A DNA stretch of 64,000 nt, taken from NCBI GenBank assembly GCA_973895155.1, contig OZ316898.1:17846752-17910751 (forward strand), written 5' to 3'. Below the pieces are notes generated by a model that was not told where the DNA came from, made no database searches, and was given only the letters and a program-made list of their open reading frames with translations. Position 1 is the stretch's first letter; the number at the start of each line of letters is the position of its first letter. This stretch comes from Marsupella aquatica. Lineage: Eukaryota; Plantae; Marchantiophyta. The translations under genes were made by a program, and so were the position numbers. Of the stretch, positions 1-10,627 are shown piece by piece.

Positions 1-48
1 TGGTAAGATGTGTTTCTTTGCTGATTGCTTTCATATGTGAATTTGCAG

Positions 49-309
49 GAGTACCAGAAACCACCTGATGTGCAACCAGACCCATATGCAAGTAGACGTC
101 GGAGAAAATTGACAGTTCGTGGGCCATTGGGCAAGGCGCAAAGTGAATTTGTAATCCCGGGGTCTGTACCACAAGAGGTCACTATGCAGGAGGATGATAT
201 TTTGGATTCCTTGCACGCATCACAAATTCTCCAAGATTGTAGCCAGGCTGATGTTACCTCTTTTCACAAGGCAATCGATAAAATGATTAATAATGTGGAT
301 GAAGTTTAG
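49..309 (+). CDS. Probable terminal exon of an unidentified gene entering from the left edge, convergent with the MULE transposase
   Basis: Pyrimidine-rich tract ending tttgcag at 42-48, open frame EYQKPPDVQ...NNVDEV* to 309, AATAAA at ~381. No family recognised. Confidence 0.4.
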   Translation, partial: EYQKPPDVQPDPYASRRRRKLTVRGPLGKAQSEFVIPGSVPQEVTMQEDDILDSLHASQILQDCSQADVTSFHKAIDKMINNVDEV

Positions 310-559
310 GGTACAATTAGCAATATCTGAGGGATAGTCTAGGGTACCTAGCCCTGTTTTGTCACCAATGTGTTCATGATAATAAATATGAAATGTTCCT
401 GCATTTCTTGCTCTCTTTGAAGACTATATAACATGATCTGTTCCAAAAATGGTCATAGTAGATCTATGGCTGGGATACAATATGTATGTTGTATTCACAT
501 TTTCTCTGACTTTACGACGAAGACGCCCCACTGTCAAATCCTTCCCACTGACTAAGGCG

Positions 560-1335
560 CCCAAATGGACAAAAACTACGAAATTTGAACACAGAAAACC
601 CTTTTTCATGTATACGATCTGGACGATGTATTCAGATTTCACACTTGGAAAAAAAATGTCCCTCCGACTTTACGAACACGCCCTCCGCCGAAGCCTGCCC
701 AAATGGACAAAACCTATGGAGTCTCAACATAGAGATACATATTTCATGTACACACTTTGGACATTGTATTCAGATTTCACACTTGGAAGCAAAAAATTGT
801 CCCTCCGACTTTACGAACACGCCCTCCGCCGATGCCTGCCCAAATGGACAAAACCTATGGAGTCTCAATATAGAAATACATGTATACACTTTGGACATTG
901 TATTCATATCACACTTGGAAATAAAAATTGTCCCTCCGACTTTCCGAACACGGCCTCCGCCGAAGCCTGCCCAAATGGACAAAACCTATGGAGTCTCAAC
1001 ATAGAAATACATTTTTCATGTATACACTTTGGACATTGTATTCATATCACACTTGGAAATAAAAATTGTCCCTCCGACTTTCCGAACACGGCCTCCGCCG
1101 AAGCCTGCCCAAATGGACAAAACCTATGGAGTCTCAACATAGAAATACATTTTTCATGTATACACTTTGGACATTGTATTCAGATTTCACACTTGGAAAA
1201 AAAATTGTCCCTAGCCCTCCGACTTTACGAACACGGCCTCCGCCAAAGCCTGCCCAAATGGACAAAACCTATGGAGTTTCAACATAGAAATACCTTTTTC
1301 ATGTATACACTTTTCACGTTGTATTCATAATTCAC
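560..1335. repeat. Tandem array of ~5.5 copies of a ~131-145 bp (modal 138 bp) unit
   Basis: cccaaatggacaaaacctatggagtctcaacatagaaatac...cctccgccgaagcctg recurs at ~560, 698, 839, 970, 1108 and 1253. Confidence 0.95.
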
Positions 1336-4331
1336 AGTTACAAAAAAATTCATTCACTTGAACTTTACAAAGACAGTCGGGCCTAAATGGAAAAAAGCAT
1401 GTCATATTCAACACTTTAATAATCATACAGCACATGCACCATGGAAGGCGTACTCAGACCTAACAAATGCAAATAAAAGGCTTCACTCCTCATTGGATGG
1501 AATACAACATCCACTTTGTAACAATTTGAACTCATTCAAGGTAGTGTTTAGGTCCATGCACAAATGTGCCCTACTACCATCTAACTTCCCAATATAGTGA
1601 ATAGTAGACTGTGATGTATATGTCTATTCTATGATATCTACTTCATGAGGTAGCCCAAAATAAGGGCAATTATCAGCAGCTTCTTCAGCAAGTTCAGTGA
1701 TGCGCCGCGCCCACTCATAATCCAAGGAGTTTTGAATGCGTGGATTGGAAGGCATAGTACCACTGCCTATTGTTGGTGCTCCAACGGTGACAAGCCACTC
1801 ACTTTCTCCAGCATTGTTCACATTGTCATGCTCTTCCCCTTCCACCTGCGCATTACAATAACACTAGAATAAGTAAACAAATTCTTATGAAACTAGGACT
1901 TTTATATGGACCATCTTTGTCTTGCAACATTATAATATTTGGTACCTGCTCATCATCTTCAGTTGCTTGGGCAACTGAAACTTCTTTGCAAGATCGTTTG
2001 TTGTGGCCAACCTTTCCGCACCTGCTGCACTTACACTTTACATTACCCCGCTTCCTTTTCTTAGGTAGGATCTCAACCATTGGGAGGCCACTCGCAGAGT
2101 TTGCACCTGGAAACGGAATGCCTCTCTCATTGTCATCATCCATTGGATATCTGAGACACAGCCTTCCTGTTGGATCAAGATGGAGGTCCTCCCCATTCCC
2201 TAAAGCCCTGGAACGAGTTTCCCCATGAATTCTTACCATTCGATGTCGCCCATTCACTATAGCAGGCTCTGGAGCATGACAACTTAAGCTCAATGGAAGG
2301 TGAGTGGAAACAAAGCTAGGTAATACACCATCATAAAGTAAAACCAAAGACTGTGTCCGCCAGCATTTATGAAAATGCCTAGCCGGATTCTTTCCTGTTT
2401 CATCATCCCATGCCAGCATATGTTGGCATGGCCAAACCATCTCCTGCAGCTCCATGCAAGTGCACTTTGGTTTTGGTGATAAAGTGACAAGATACTCCTC
2501 ACTCCCTGTTGTAGTCTGAATTTTGGCACTGGATTGACCATCACTGAATACCTGTAGCATGAGAGTATGAAATATGAAGCGTGAGACAATCCATCCTCCA
2601 CATGTGGTCAAAATGTTTGTTACAAAAGGAAAAGAAAGAGCCAATTTGCACCTGGAATTGTTGGAAGTTCTGCAAGTTGGTATTGTATCGTAGTTGTGCT
2701 GGTTTTGACAGTGATTCTTGTCTGCATGCAACCTCTATTCTCCTGTCTTTAAACTTTTGTTGAATGTACACCCAAAGAGCCACCAACAACTTTCCAGGTG
2801 CTAGCAGACGGAATGGTAATAATCCAGAATTTGCTTGCTCGGCTGGATTACTTGTGACCTTACCCATGCGAGGGAGTGGGAATGCATGCTTGGCATAACA
2901 TTTCACATCCAAACCGCGGATGTAATGTGCTGCATCAACTCCCTTGCCGACTATCAATGAACCAGACAGTCGATCTAGCACAGACTCATATCTGAATTGA
3001 AAGAGACAGAATACATGAGTGACAATGTTTATAGAGACAGAATACATCAAGCACAATGTCAAAATATATAGAATACATCAAGCACAATGTCTGAATAGGC
3101 AAATTGCTTTCATATTGGTCCTAGTGAGTGTATTTACTTACTGGTGCACATCATTGGCATAGACACATCCGTAGAAGAATTCACTTGCTGTTCTACCATG
3201 CCTGGTCTTCACGTTTGCCCTCAAATGATTTGCGCACTGTGCATGGATCTTTCCTACTGTCCAAAAATAATAAATTAGATTTTGTACTCCAGTTAGCACA
3301 GTATCATCATAACTCTCAAATTTGACAGAATTAAGCAATCTAAGTGTGGAAGGGTGTTACCTGGTCAAATCTGACTTACAGCAGCAGTGAGACCCTTTTG
3401 ACGATCTGACATGATGACAATGTCTTCACTACCAATGCCATATACAACTCTGTCCATTAATTCTAGAAACCAAAGCCAGTTCTCTGTGTTTTCAACTGGT
3501 GCTACTCCATAGCAAAGTATGACACCGTTTGAGTTCCCATCCAGGCATGTAGCTAAAAATAGTTGAGTTGGATATTTTCTATTCTTGGTGTGACAAGCAT
3601 CTAAACTAACCATCGGCTGAGTATAGTTAAGTGCTTTCCTGGTGGCAGATGGACATATGAATGCTCTGCAAAAAATGGTGGAGTCCTCCATAGTGCACCA
3701 ATGTGCAACACAGCCAGGGTCTGTCTCCCGAATCCTGTCAATCAATGCTGGGATCATCTGAAAAGATGATTTCTGTGAGCCAGCGGTCCAATGCCCTACA
3801 AGATCTTTGCCCCGCCACATTTGCTGGTAGTTACTTCCTCGCTTGTAGTCACCTTGGAAACCAGACAGCAATTCCTTCACAGGCATTTTCAGATTTCTGA
3901 TGATTCTTGGAGCCAATGTTACCCCCAACCATGCAGACTTGTGAGTAGGAGCTCTCCACTTGTGAATGTGAGCAGCACAAGTATGTGTTAGTTCACATAC
4001 AGTGATAATATGACCCCCACCCTTCACTCTACTGCAACATACTCTGAAAGAACATTCATCCTCTGAGTAAAGCAAGTCTTCTGGTCCTGGTGGAGAGGGC
4101 TTAGATCTGGACAATTGTCCACAAGCTCCAGTTGCAGATGGCTTCCTAGTTTTCTGTTGACCAGGTTTATGTGGGTGTTGCGAACCAGGTAACCAAACGC
4201 TAGTGTGTTGGACTATGGACTTTGGTCTGTTGTGCACAACTCTTCCTTGTGTAGACAAAACAGTATTTATGTGCACAGTTTGTTGTACAGATATAGGTGC
4301 ATTTTGGTGCACGGATTGTTGTGTAGACAAT

Positions 4332-5574
4332 TGTCGTATAGTGCTAAGTATCAAAAGTGACTCTTCTCACCTAAAACCAGGGTTTCGATCCCTTAAAGAA
4401 CAGATTTCAGAATGAATTGTATAACTTTTATCTCTCGGATTGATTTAGAGCCCTGAACTCTATGTTGAATTCACTTTTCAACGAAAAAAATCAAATAAAC
4501 AAACCACCAAGTAACTGAACTTCAGATTTATGAATCAAAGAAGAAATAAGTAAGAATTTAGAGACTACAAGCTGCTACTGCCACTCCTTCAGAAAGGATT
4601 TGGGCTCAGTATAGACATGAAATCTGTCTCATAATTCATCAATCTCACATTTCAAAACACCAAGGTTAATGATAATGGAATTCTCAATCTGATAAACTAG
4701 AAGCTTTCTGGTTGCAAATGAATGATATGATTTAAAATGCCGTCAACATGGTTTGACGTCAGCGATGCGCAATTCAGTCAAACTCTAAACCATATTCCAG
4801 AATCAAAACAATGGTACTAACTATTCTGAGAATCAGAATTTACTTCTCATTTATCAACAACTAATCTTGAATTGGCTAGCGAATCTTGACTTCACAAGTA
4901 AGCCTAGCAGTGAATTCAATTGGAGTATCAGAAGTCTGCAACTGAATTCAATCACCACAGGAATTTCTTGAATTCAATCTCAACTTCAATCAATACGGCT
5001 TTACTTCCATACAAAACACTCACAGCATGCCTTGTTACAATGGAAGGAGGAGAAAACTATTCAGAAGACTTAATTCTGAATAGAGTATTAAGTCTATTTC
5101 TCTCTCCGAAAATGAGCACTCTACTCTGTCTTATAAGTGCTGGAATCCAAAAATGGAGGAGGCAAGAACAGTCGTGCCTTTCCAAGTTTAAAACTAAACA
5201 AGGGAGAAGTATAGCATAAGTACTGCCAGGATGGCAAAATACTACTCTACTAGTAATCTACTTCAAAAAACTAAGTCTAAGTGTCGAGTGGACGCTGCTA
5301 GAAGCGTCTTAAGAAAACCAACGGACGCTGCTCACAGCGTCGTGTGTTGAAGCGGACGCTTTGCACCGCGTCGGTCGAAATTCTCATAGAGTCTTGGTGG
5401 CGGTGGGGCAAAGTACACTAGGAATCGTCAGGAAAGCCGGAGATGTCAAATATTTCAATAAGTGTCTAGAACAAGTAAATGGTGGCCAGGAGGCGTCTAA
5501 AGTGTAAGTAAATCTTGAGATATGCCAAAAATAAACAAGTTTCCAGAAAAAATTGCAGGGACACCCATACCATA
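4332..5574 (-). repeat. 3' LTR of the Gypsy element
   Basis: Near-identical to 16116-17393 (about 20 substitutions and a few indels by eye); adjoins the PPT. Confidence 0.95.
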
Positions 5575-5590
5575 TAGCCCTCCACTTAAA
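5575..5590 (-). promoter_or_regulatory. Polypurine tract adjoining the 3' LTR
   Basis: Minus strand TTTAAGTGGAGGGCTA immediately precedes the LTR start. Confidence 0.8.
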
Positions 5591-5643
5591 TTTCGCCGTG
5601 TCAGCACAAGAGAACTATGCTCTGATTAAAGAGCAGGGCGGGC

Positions 5644-6018
5644 TTATTCAGCAAATTCTTCTGGTTTCGGAATCCAAGTGGTACTCAAAATCATTGATGG
5701 AATTAAAGTGATATCCGGATCCATAATATGAAAGTCTAGTTCATGAAATTCCTCTCCAATTTGTAATGGGACTCTTTTAACTCTTCCCCAAAGCTGTATG
5801 ATTTGTCCATTGACGAACATCTGAGCAGTTATGGGCTGTAGTTCTTGGCGAACAAATTGCTGGAACAGTCCGTGTGAGAGTAAGTTTATTCTAGAGCCTG
5901 GATCAATAGCAACGTTTTGAATAACATGTCCTTCCAACACAATCCGTCCAGCAAATGATTGTTGATATGCACAGAGTAAAGGACTGCGAGAATCCATAGG
6001 AGCGTTGATGTCCCACAT
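5644..6018 (-). CDS. Retropepsin-like (aspartic protease-like) domain in the 3' accessory region of the retroelement
   Basis: IVLEGHVIQNVAIDPGSRINLL...LWGRVKRVPLQIG...LDFHIMD...SMILSTTWI parallels the gag-pol protease (IQGCVIRRVPVDGGASVNLI...IGKLTKVETLIAG...LDYVVIN...VLLGRPWL). Confidence 0.7.
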   Translation of the reverse strand: MWDINAPMDSRSPLLCAYQQSFAGRIVLEGHVIQNVAIDPGSRINLLSHGLFQQFVRQELQPITAQMFVNGQIIQLWGRVKRVPLQIGEEFHELDFHIMDPDITLIPSMILSTTWIPKPEEFAE

Positions 6019-6128
6019 AAATCAGAAGTTAAGAAGTCGAGAATGGAAGAGGGGAGAATGCTTCAAGAACAACTGTTTTGTATGTGCAGGGAAAATACCG
6101 CTTGAGATCTCGTGTATACAATATATTT

Positions 6129-7802
6129 TCAGGTGCACGTTCTAGACAGGATTCCTTCAGTGACTATGTCTGGATAAGTGTCAATAATAGGCAGGTACGC
6201 CAAACACCTAAGCAACTTAAATCCCTGAGAAGACGGAAGCATGCATTGTTTCTTATTCAACTGGCCTCGCAACTTGACAAGCTCCCTCTCATACTTAATC
6301 GGAATAGCGTATCCATCAGGACAAACCCGAACATAATATGGGTAAGGCCAAGGATATTCTGGAGTAATTGGTGGGAAGGGTGCTTGAGTTCGGCGAAGCA
6401 TATACACCCAACACCAAATTTCAAATTCCGAAAACTTATGACGCCGTTCCGGAGCAATAGGTGGAACTGTACTCCCTGGTTTATACGTTTGAACCAAACG
6501 ACAAATCCACGGATGAGTTGCAAGTGGCAAGATTTGTTGTTGCTGCAATATGCTTTCCATCTCCAAGTGCCGGAAAGCTTTTCGAAAACCCTTCTTCCCC
6601 CATTGATGAATTGAACCAAGAGTGGGAATGGGATTTGGAGATGGCAATACTGGTTGTCGCCCAAGCTTAGGAGGTACTCGGATGATACGAGGGTCTTGGT
6701 CTTCCTCTCCATCACTGGGTGCCCCAATCCAACGAAAAATAACATCCGGCAAATTGCTGGGAATTACCGACTCCTTGACAGGACGAGCTGGAAGTGCCAT
6801 GGAAGAAGGAATGTCTGAGGTTGTGGGTGCCAATGCTTCACAATCAGCAGCAGTAGATGGGTCAGTAGAGACTTCCATTGTTACCGAGGTGAGAAGTTCT
6901 TCTGAAAAATGATCGTTACGCAATGTTGCTACCTGATCAGCTGGGTTTTCACCACCCACCGAGTAAGAGGGTACTTCTGTCACAATAGTTGACTCCTGCC
7001 GCTCTGGATCAGGTGAGAATTCTCGAGGAAAAATTTGTCGACTGGTTGCATGACGTGACCGTTTCCAAGGTCTTCGAGTATACGTTACCTGAAATTCCTC
7101 CTTAAGTGGTGAAGCCTCTTCTAAACAAGGTAGAGCACCTTCAACTGAAGTTGGCAGGGGAGCCTCAGGAACCTTACTACTGCTTGGAAGGCCGAAAGAT
7201 AAAGGAGACTGGATACTGGGATCTTGCTCCATCGAGTCATCTTCAGGTGGGATCCATAGTACAGGTGGAAATGAAGGAGGCCCTATCCTTCCCACTACCT
7301 CTGCCAATTCCTTAGATATATCTAGATCAATCGATATGAATGACCCCGGTGTAGGCCAGACAAAAGATTTTGGGGAAGAGCGAGGTGGAGTGTCAGCTAC
7401 TTCCTCACCATGCACATTTCTATCCTCGGAATCGGACCTATTCAACTTCACAATCTCTGTGCCTAATGCCGTCAAGGGCTCGACAGGTTTAGATGTAAAA
7501 GAATCCTGGTTTGCATCGGGGTTAGAAGATTCTGCTGAGTCATATCCCCGTAATGCTTGTAAAGCGTTACTTGGTGCTTGCACGGGTGACAAAACAGAGC
7601 TAAGAATAGGTTCATCATACCAGTTTGCAGCAATATGTTGTTGAGGTAATCCTGCAGGGGAGCCTTCCTCAGTTAAATCCATGGCATCCTCGTCATTCTG
7701 TAGGGAAACAGCATTGTCCTGATCGATAGCAGAAGTATGCTCAGTAGCACCAGGTGAAGTTGAGGTTGGAGGTGACATATAATGTTCCAACCCTGTTGGC
7801 AT
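6129..7802 (-). CDS. Retroelement accessory ORF, 557 aa: S/P/E-rich N-terminus and globular C-terminal domain
   Basis: Long open frame between pol and the 3' LTR, same sense as pol. Confidence 0.65.
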   Translation of the reverse strand: MPTGLEHYMSPPTSTSPGATEHTSAIDQDNAVSLQNDEDAMDLTEEGSPAGLPQQHIAANWYDEPILSSVLSPVQAPSNALQALRGYDSAESSNPDANQDSFTSKPVEPLTALGTEIVKLNRSDSEDRNVHGEEVADTPPRSSPKSFVWPTPGSFISIDLDISKELAEVVGRIGPPSFPPVLWIPPEDDSMEQDPSIQSPLSFGLPSSSKVPEAPLPTSVEGALPCLEEASPLKEEFQVTYTRRPWKRSRHATSRQIFPREFSPDPERQESTIVTEVPSYSVGGENPADQVATLRNDHFSEELLTSVTMEVSTDPSTAADCEALAPTTSDIPSSMALPARPVKESVIPSNLPDVIFRWIGAPSDGEEDQDPRIIRVPPKLGRQPVLPSPNPIPTLGSIHQWGKKGFRKAFRHLEMESILQQQQILPLATHPWICRLVQTYKPGSTVPPIAPERRHKFSEFEIWCWVYMLRRTQAPFPPITPEYPWPYPYYVRVCPDGYAIPIKYERELVKLRGQLNKKQCMLPSSQGFKLLRCLAYLPIIDTYPDIVTEGILSRTCT

Positions 7803-8701
7803 TGCTGAAGGTCTCTTTTCCGAACTTCACCCACCAGTTCAGGTTCCTCACAGTCGAGTATTGCACATAGATCTACCACTGTGGAATTGGCTCGGACTTC
7901 TCGTACTTCAGGCATATCATTTGCTTCACTGGTAGATGCTCTCTGATTGTTGCGATAAAAATCTTTTTCCAAGGCAAGCAGACAGTCATACTTATGGTAA
8001 ATGTGAGCTAAATAAGGGGCCAAGTAGGTACACCTTATTTTCCCCGTTTGCAGCCTGTTACGAAATTTTTTGACCTGAGTATGAATTACTCGGTGCAAAA
8101 CCTTCGTCCAATTGATAGATCTCGTCTGTTCTAATGAACCGATCACCGTTGTAGCGAACGAAAGAGTGATACGCGTCTGGCTTTTTGGGTAGAAAATTGG
8201 TGCCAAAAATCGAAATAGACGCTGTAGAGAATTATCTAAGTAGTCCACCGCTAGCCATCCATTCTGCCTCTTGAAAGATCCTGGAGCGAAGAAGGATTCT
8301 ACATAAACCTTAGGCTCACCATCAACCTTCTGTAAATCCTCGCCCTCGATCGACGTCGAATAGACCTCCGCTATGAGCGCCTCAGTCCAAACACTGGGAT
8401 GCAAGCGCACACCAATCCCTTCTTCAGCGTCCCAGACACCTTGATCGATAAGGCTGAATTCGCAAATCTTCCAAGGGAGTCGAAACAGCTTCTTCAAGCC
8501 CATTTTTGTCAGAGCCATCTTCAACTGCCGCCTATGCACTGCATTTGATGGAATGGCTGCGAGTATTGGTCGCGTCGTCAGCTCAGTCTCCGCCATCGCG
8601 TGACTCGTTAGCTCCGTAAGCTCAGTGAGAATCATGTTCCATAGTGAACTAGATCGAAGCGCGGCTGGCTTTCTCCTTAGCGTCCCGTTGAGCTGTCGCA
8701 A
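7673..8701 (-). CDS. Retroelement accessory ORF, 342 aa, plant-transposon-protein-like domain
   Basis: GLKKLFRLPW...WTEALIAEVY...NGWLAVDY...FLAPIFYP...RIT...INWTKVLH...YLAPYLAHIY resembles (from recall, unverified) hypothetical retroelement proteins of bryophytes. Overlaps the next ORF out of frame. Confidence 0.65.
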   Translation of the reverse strand: MRQLNGTLRRKPAALRSSSLWNMILTELTELTSHAMAETELTTRPILAAIPSNAVHRRQLKMALTKMGLKKLFRLPWKICEFSLIDQGVWDAEEGIGVRLHPSVWTEALIAEVYSTSIEGEDLQKVDGEPKVYVESFFAPGSFKRQNGWLAVDYLDNSLQRLFRFLAPIFYPKSQTRITLSFATTVIGSLEQTRSINWTKVLHRVIHTQVKKFRNRLQTGKIRCTYLAPYLAHIYHKYDCLLALEKDFYRNNQRASTSEANDMPEVREVRANSTVVDLCAILDCEEPELVGEVRKRDLQQCQQGWNIICHLQPQLHLVLLSILLLSIRTMLFPYRMTRMPWI

Positions 8702-8980
8702 TCCGCTGTTGTACAGGTCGCCTAGTCATCGGCTCACAGCGTCTCATGCAACTGAACTAATACAAAATCGGACGCTGCGCACGGCGTCCTTTGTAAACTA
8801 AGTGGACGCTTCCCCAACGTCGAGTTACAATGGACGCGGCTCACAGCGTCCAAGGTAAAAACTGAAAGTAACTAAAAAATTAAAAAAAAAATTCCGAATA
8901 CTTACTAGGGAGGGTCACTAATTCTAACTAAGTATAACTACCGCCCTCCACTTAAACTGCAACCTCTCCCAGGTGGAATT

Positions 8981-10621
8981 CTAAATGGAAGACTCATAGT
9001 ACCGTTTAATCCTAAACCCATTGATTCTAGTGTCAAGTGGGTGACCATCTAAGGTAGTCAATGAAACTGAACCATTATCCCAGATGTGTGTAACTCGGTA
9101 AGGACCAATCCAGTGAGTATGGAGTTTCCCAGGAAACAACATGTAACAGGAATCAAAAACTAATGCCAAATCTCCAACATCTAAATTAACTACACGCAGC
9201 TTCTTATCATAAGTAAGTTTACGCTGGTTCTGAATAGTGACTGTATGGTCTAATGCTAAAAGTCTAACTTCTTCTAATTTAACAATATTGGAAAACCGAT
9301 GTGAGAGACTATCTGCAGGAGAGAGTCGGGTTGGTACCAAGATACGTTCCGTTGGTAACGAGAATTCTATAGGAATAATACTATTCAGGCCATAGGTTAG
9401 ATAGAAGGGGGTGTGAAGAGTTGTAATCTTCTCAGCGGTGCGGTAAGCCCATAATGCAGAATGGAGCTTCACATCCCAATCTGTCTTGTGCGATTCCACC
9501 ATTTTATTTAGAATCTTTCCCATAATGCCATTAGCTCTCTCGGTTAAGCCATTAGCTCGGGGGTTGTAAGGAATAGTTTTGCGATGCTTGATAAGATAAA
9601 GGTCAGTGATTAACTCAATAGTTGAGTTAAGAAAATGCAAACTCCTATCGCTTACCAACTCCAAAGGACAACCAAACCGGGTGATAATGTGCTCAAAGAG
9701 AAATGCAGCTGCGGTTGTAGCATCATTCTTGCGAGTAGCTTTCGCCTCTACCCATTTGGTGGCATAATCAGTGGCCAGAATAATATATTTGCTTCGGCTT
9801 TTCCGAGCTGCTGGAGAAATTGGGCCAATAAAATCAATCCCCCATTTCTCAAATGGTGCCAACGGAAGGATAGGCGTAAGAGGCCATTTGGAACTAGCAG
9901 TGGGCTTCCCGATCCTTTGACAGGGATCACAGGTCTTAATAAAATTGTACGTATCCCGATGCATAGTAGGCCACCAGTATCCAGCATCCAAAATTTTCTT
10001 AACTGTGGTATTCATAGCATAATGCCCGCCGGTCTCTCCTGAATGTAAAGCTTCAATTACTTGGGGAAGTTCCCTGTCCTCTAGACAACGTCGCAATTGT
10101 TGATCAGGACCTTGTTTAAACAAAGTGCCCCTAATAATGGTATAGGAACCCACCTTATGAGCAAAGACAGCTCGTTCTTCCGCATTAAAGCCTTCAGGAA
10201 ATGTTCCATGAAGCAGCATGTGCACAATATTAAAATATCGAGAAGACTCCCCTTCAATGTGCCACAAATGCTCGTCAGGAAATTCATCGGAGAGATTATG
10301 CTGATTCTCTGGACCAGGTAATCGAGATAGGAAGTCTGCATTCTCATGATGTTTGCCAGGTCGGACATGAACTTCATAATCAAATTCTTGGAGTAGTAAA
10401 ACCCACCGGGCTACTCGTCCTGAGAGATCCACTTGGTTAACCAAATATTTTAAGGAATTATGATCAATGTGGAAAATAACCTGATACCCCAACAAATAGT
10501 GACAAAATTTCTTACACGCAAAGACGATGGCCAAAGCTTCCCGTTCAGTGACAAAGTAGTTTTTCTCGGCTGCACTCATTTGGCGGCTGGCATAGTAAAT
10601 TGGATGGTCACGGTTTTCCAC
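8981..10621 (-). pseudogene. pol: RNase H and integrase
   Basis: HPIYYASRQM...EREALAIVFA...DHNSL...ADFLSRL (RH); H..GGH...C..CQR zinc finger, WGIDFIGP, LVSDR, NGLTERAN, WIGPYRV (INT). Confidence 0.95.
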
Positions 10622-10627
10622 ATCCTT

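Noticed and set aside
449-1330. 293-aa and overlapping ORFs with 46-aa repeats
   Set aside because: By-product of a 138-bp tandem unit; variable unit lengths shift the frame, so no sign of coding constraint.
4920-5219. 99-aa ORF duplicated at 16709-17008
   Set aside because: Lies within the LTRs, has a non-ATG start, and its identity simply reflects LTR identity.
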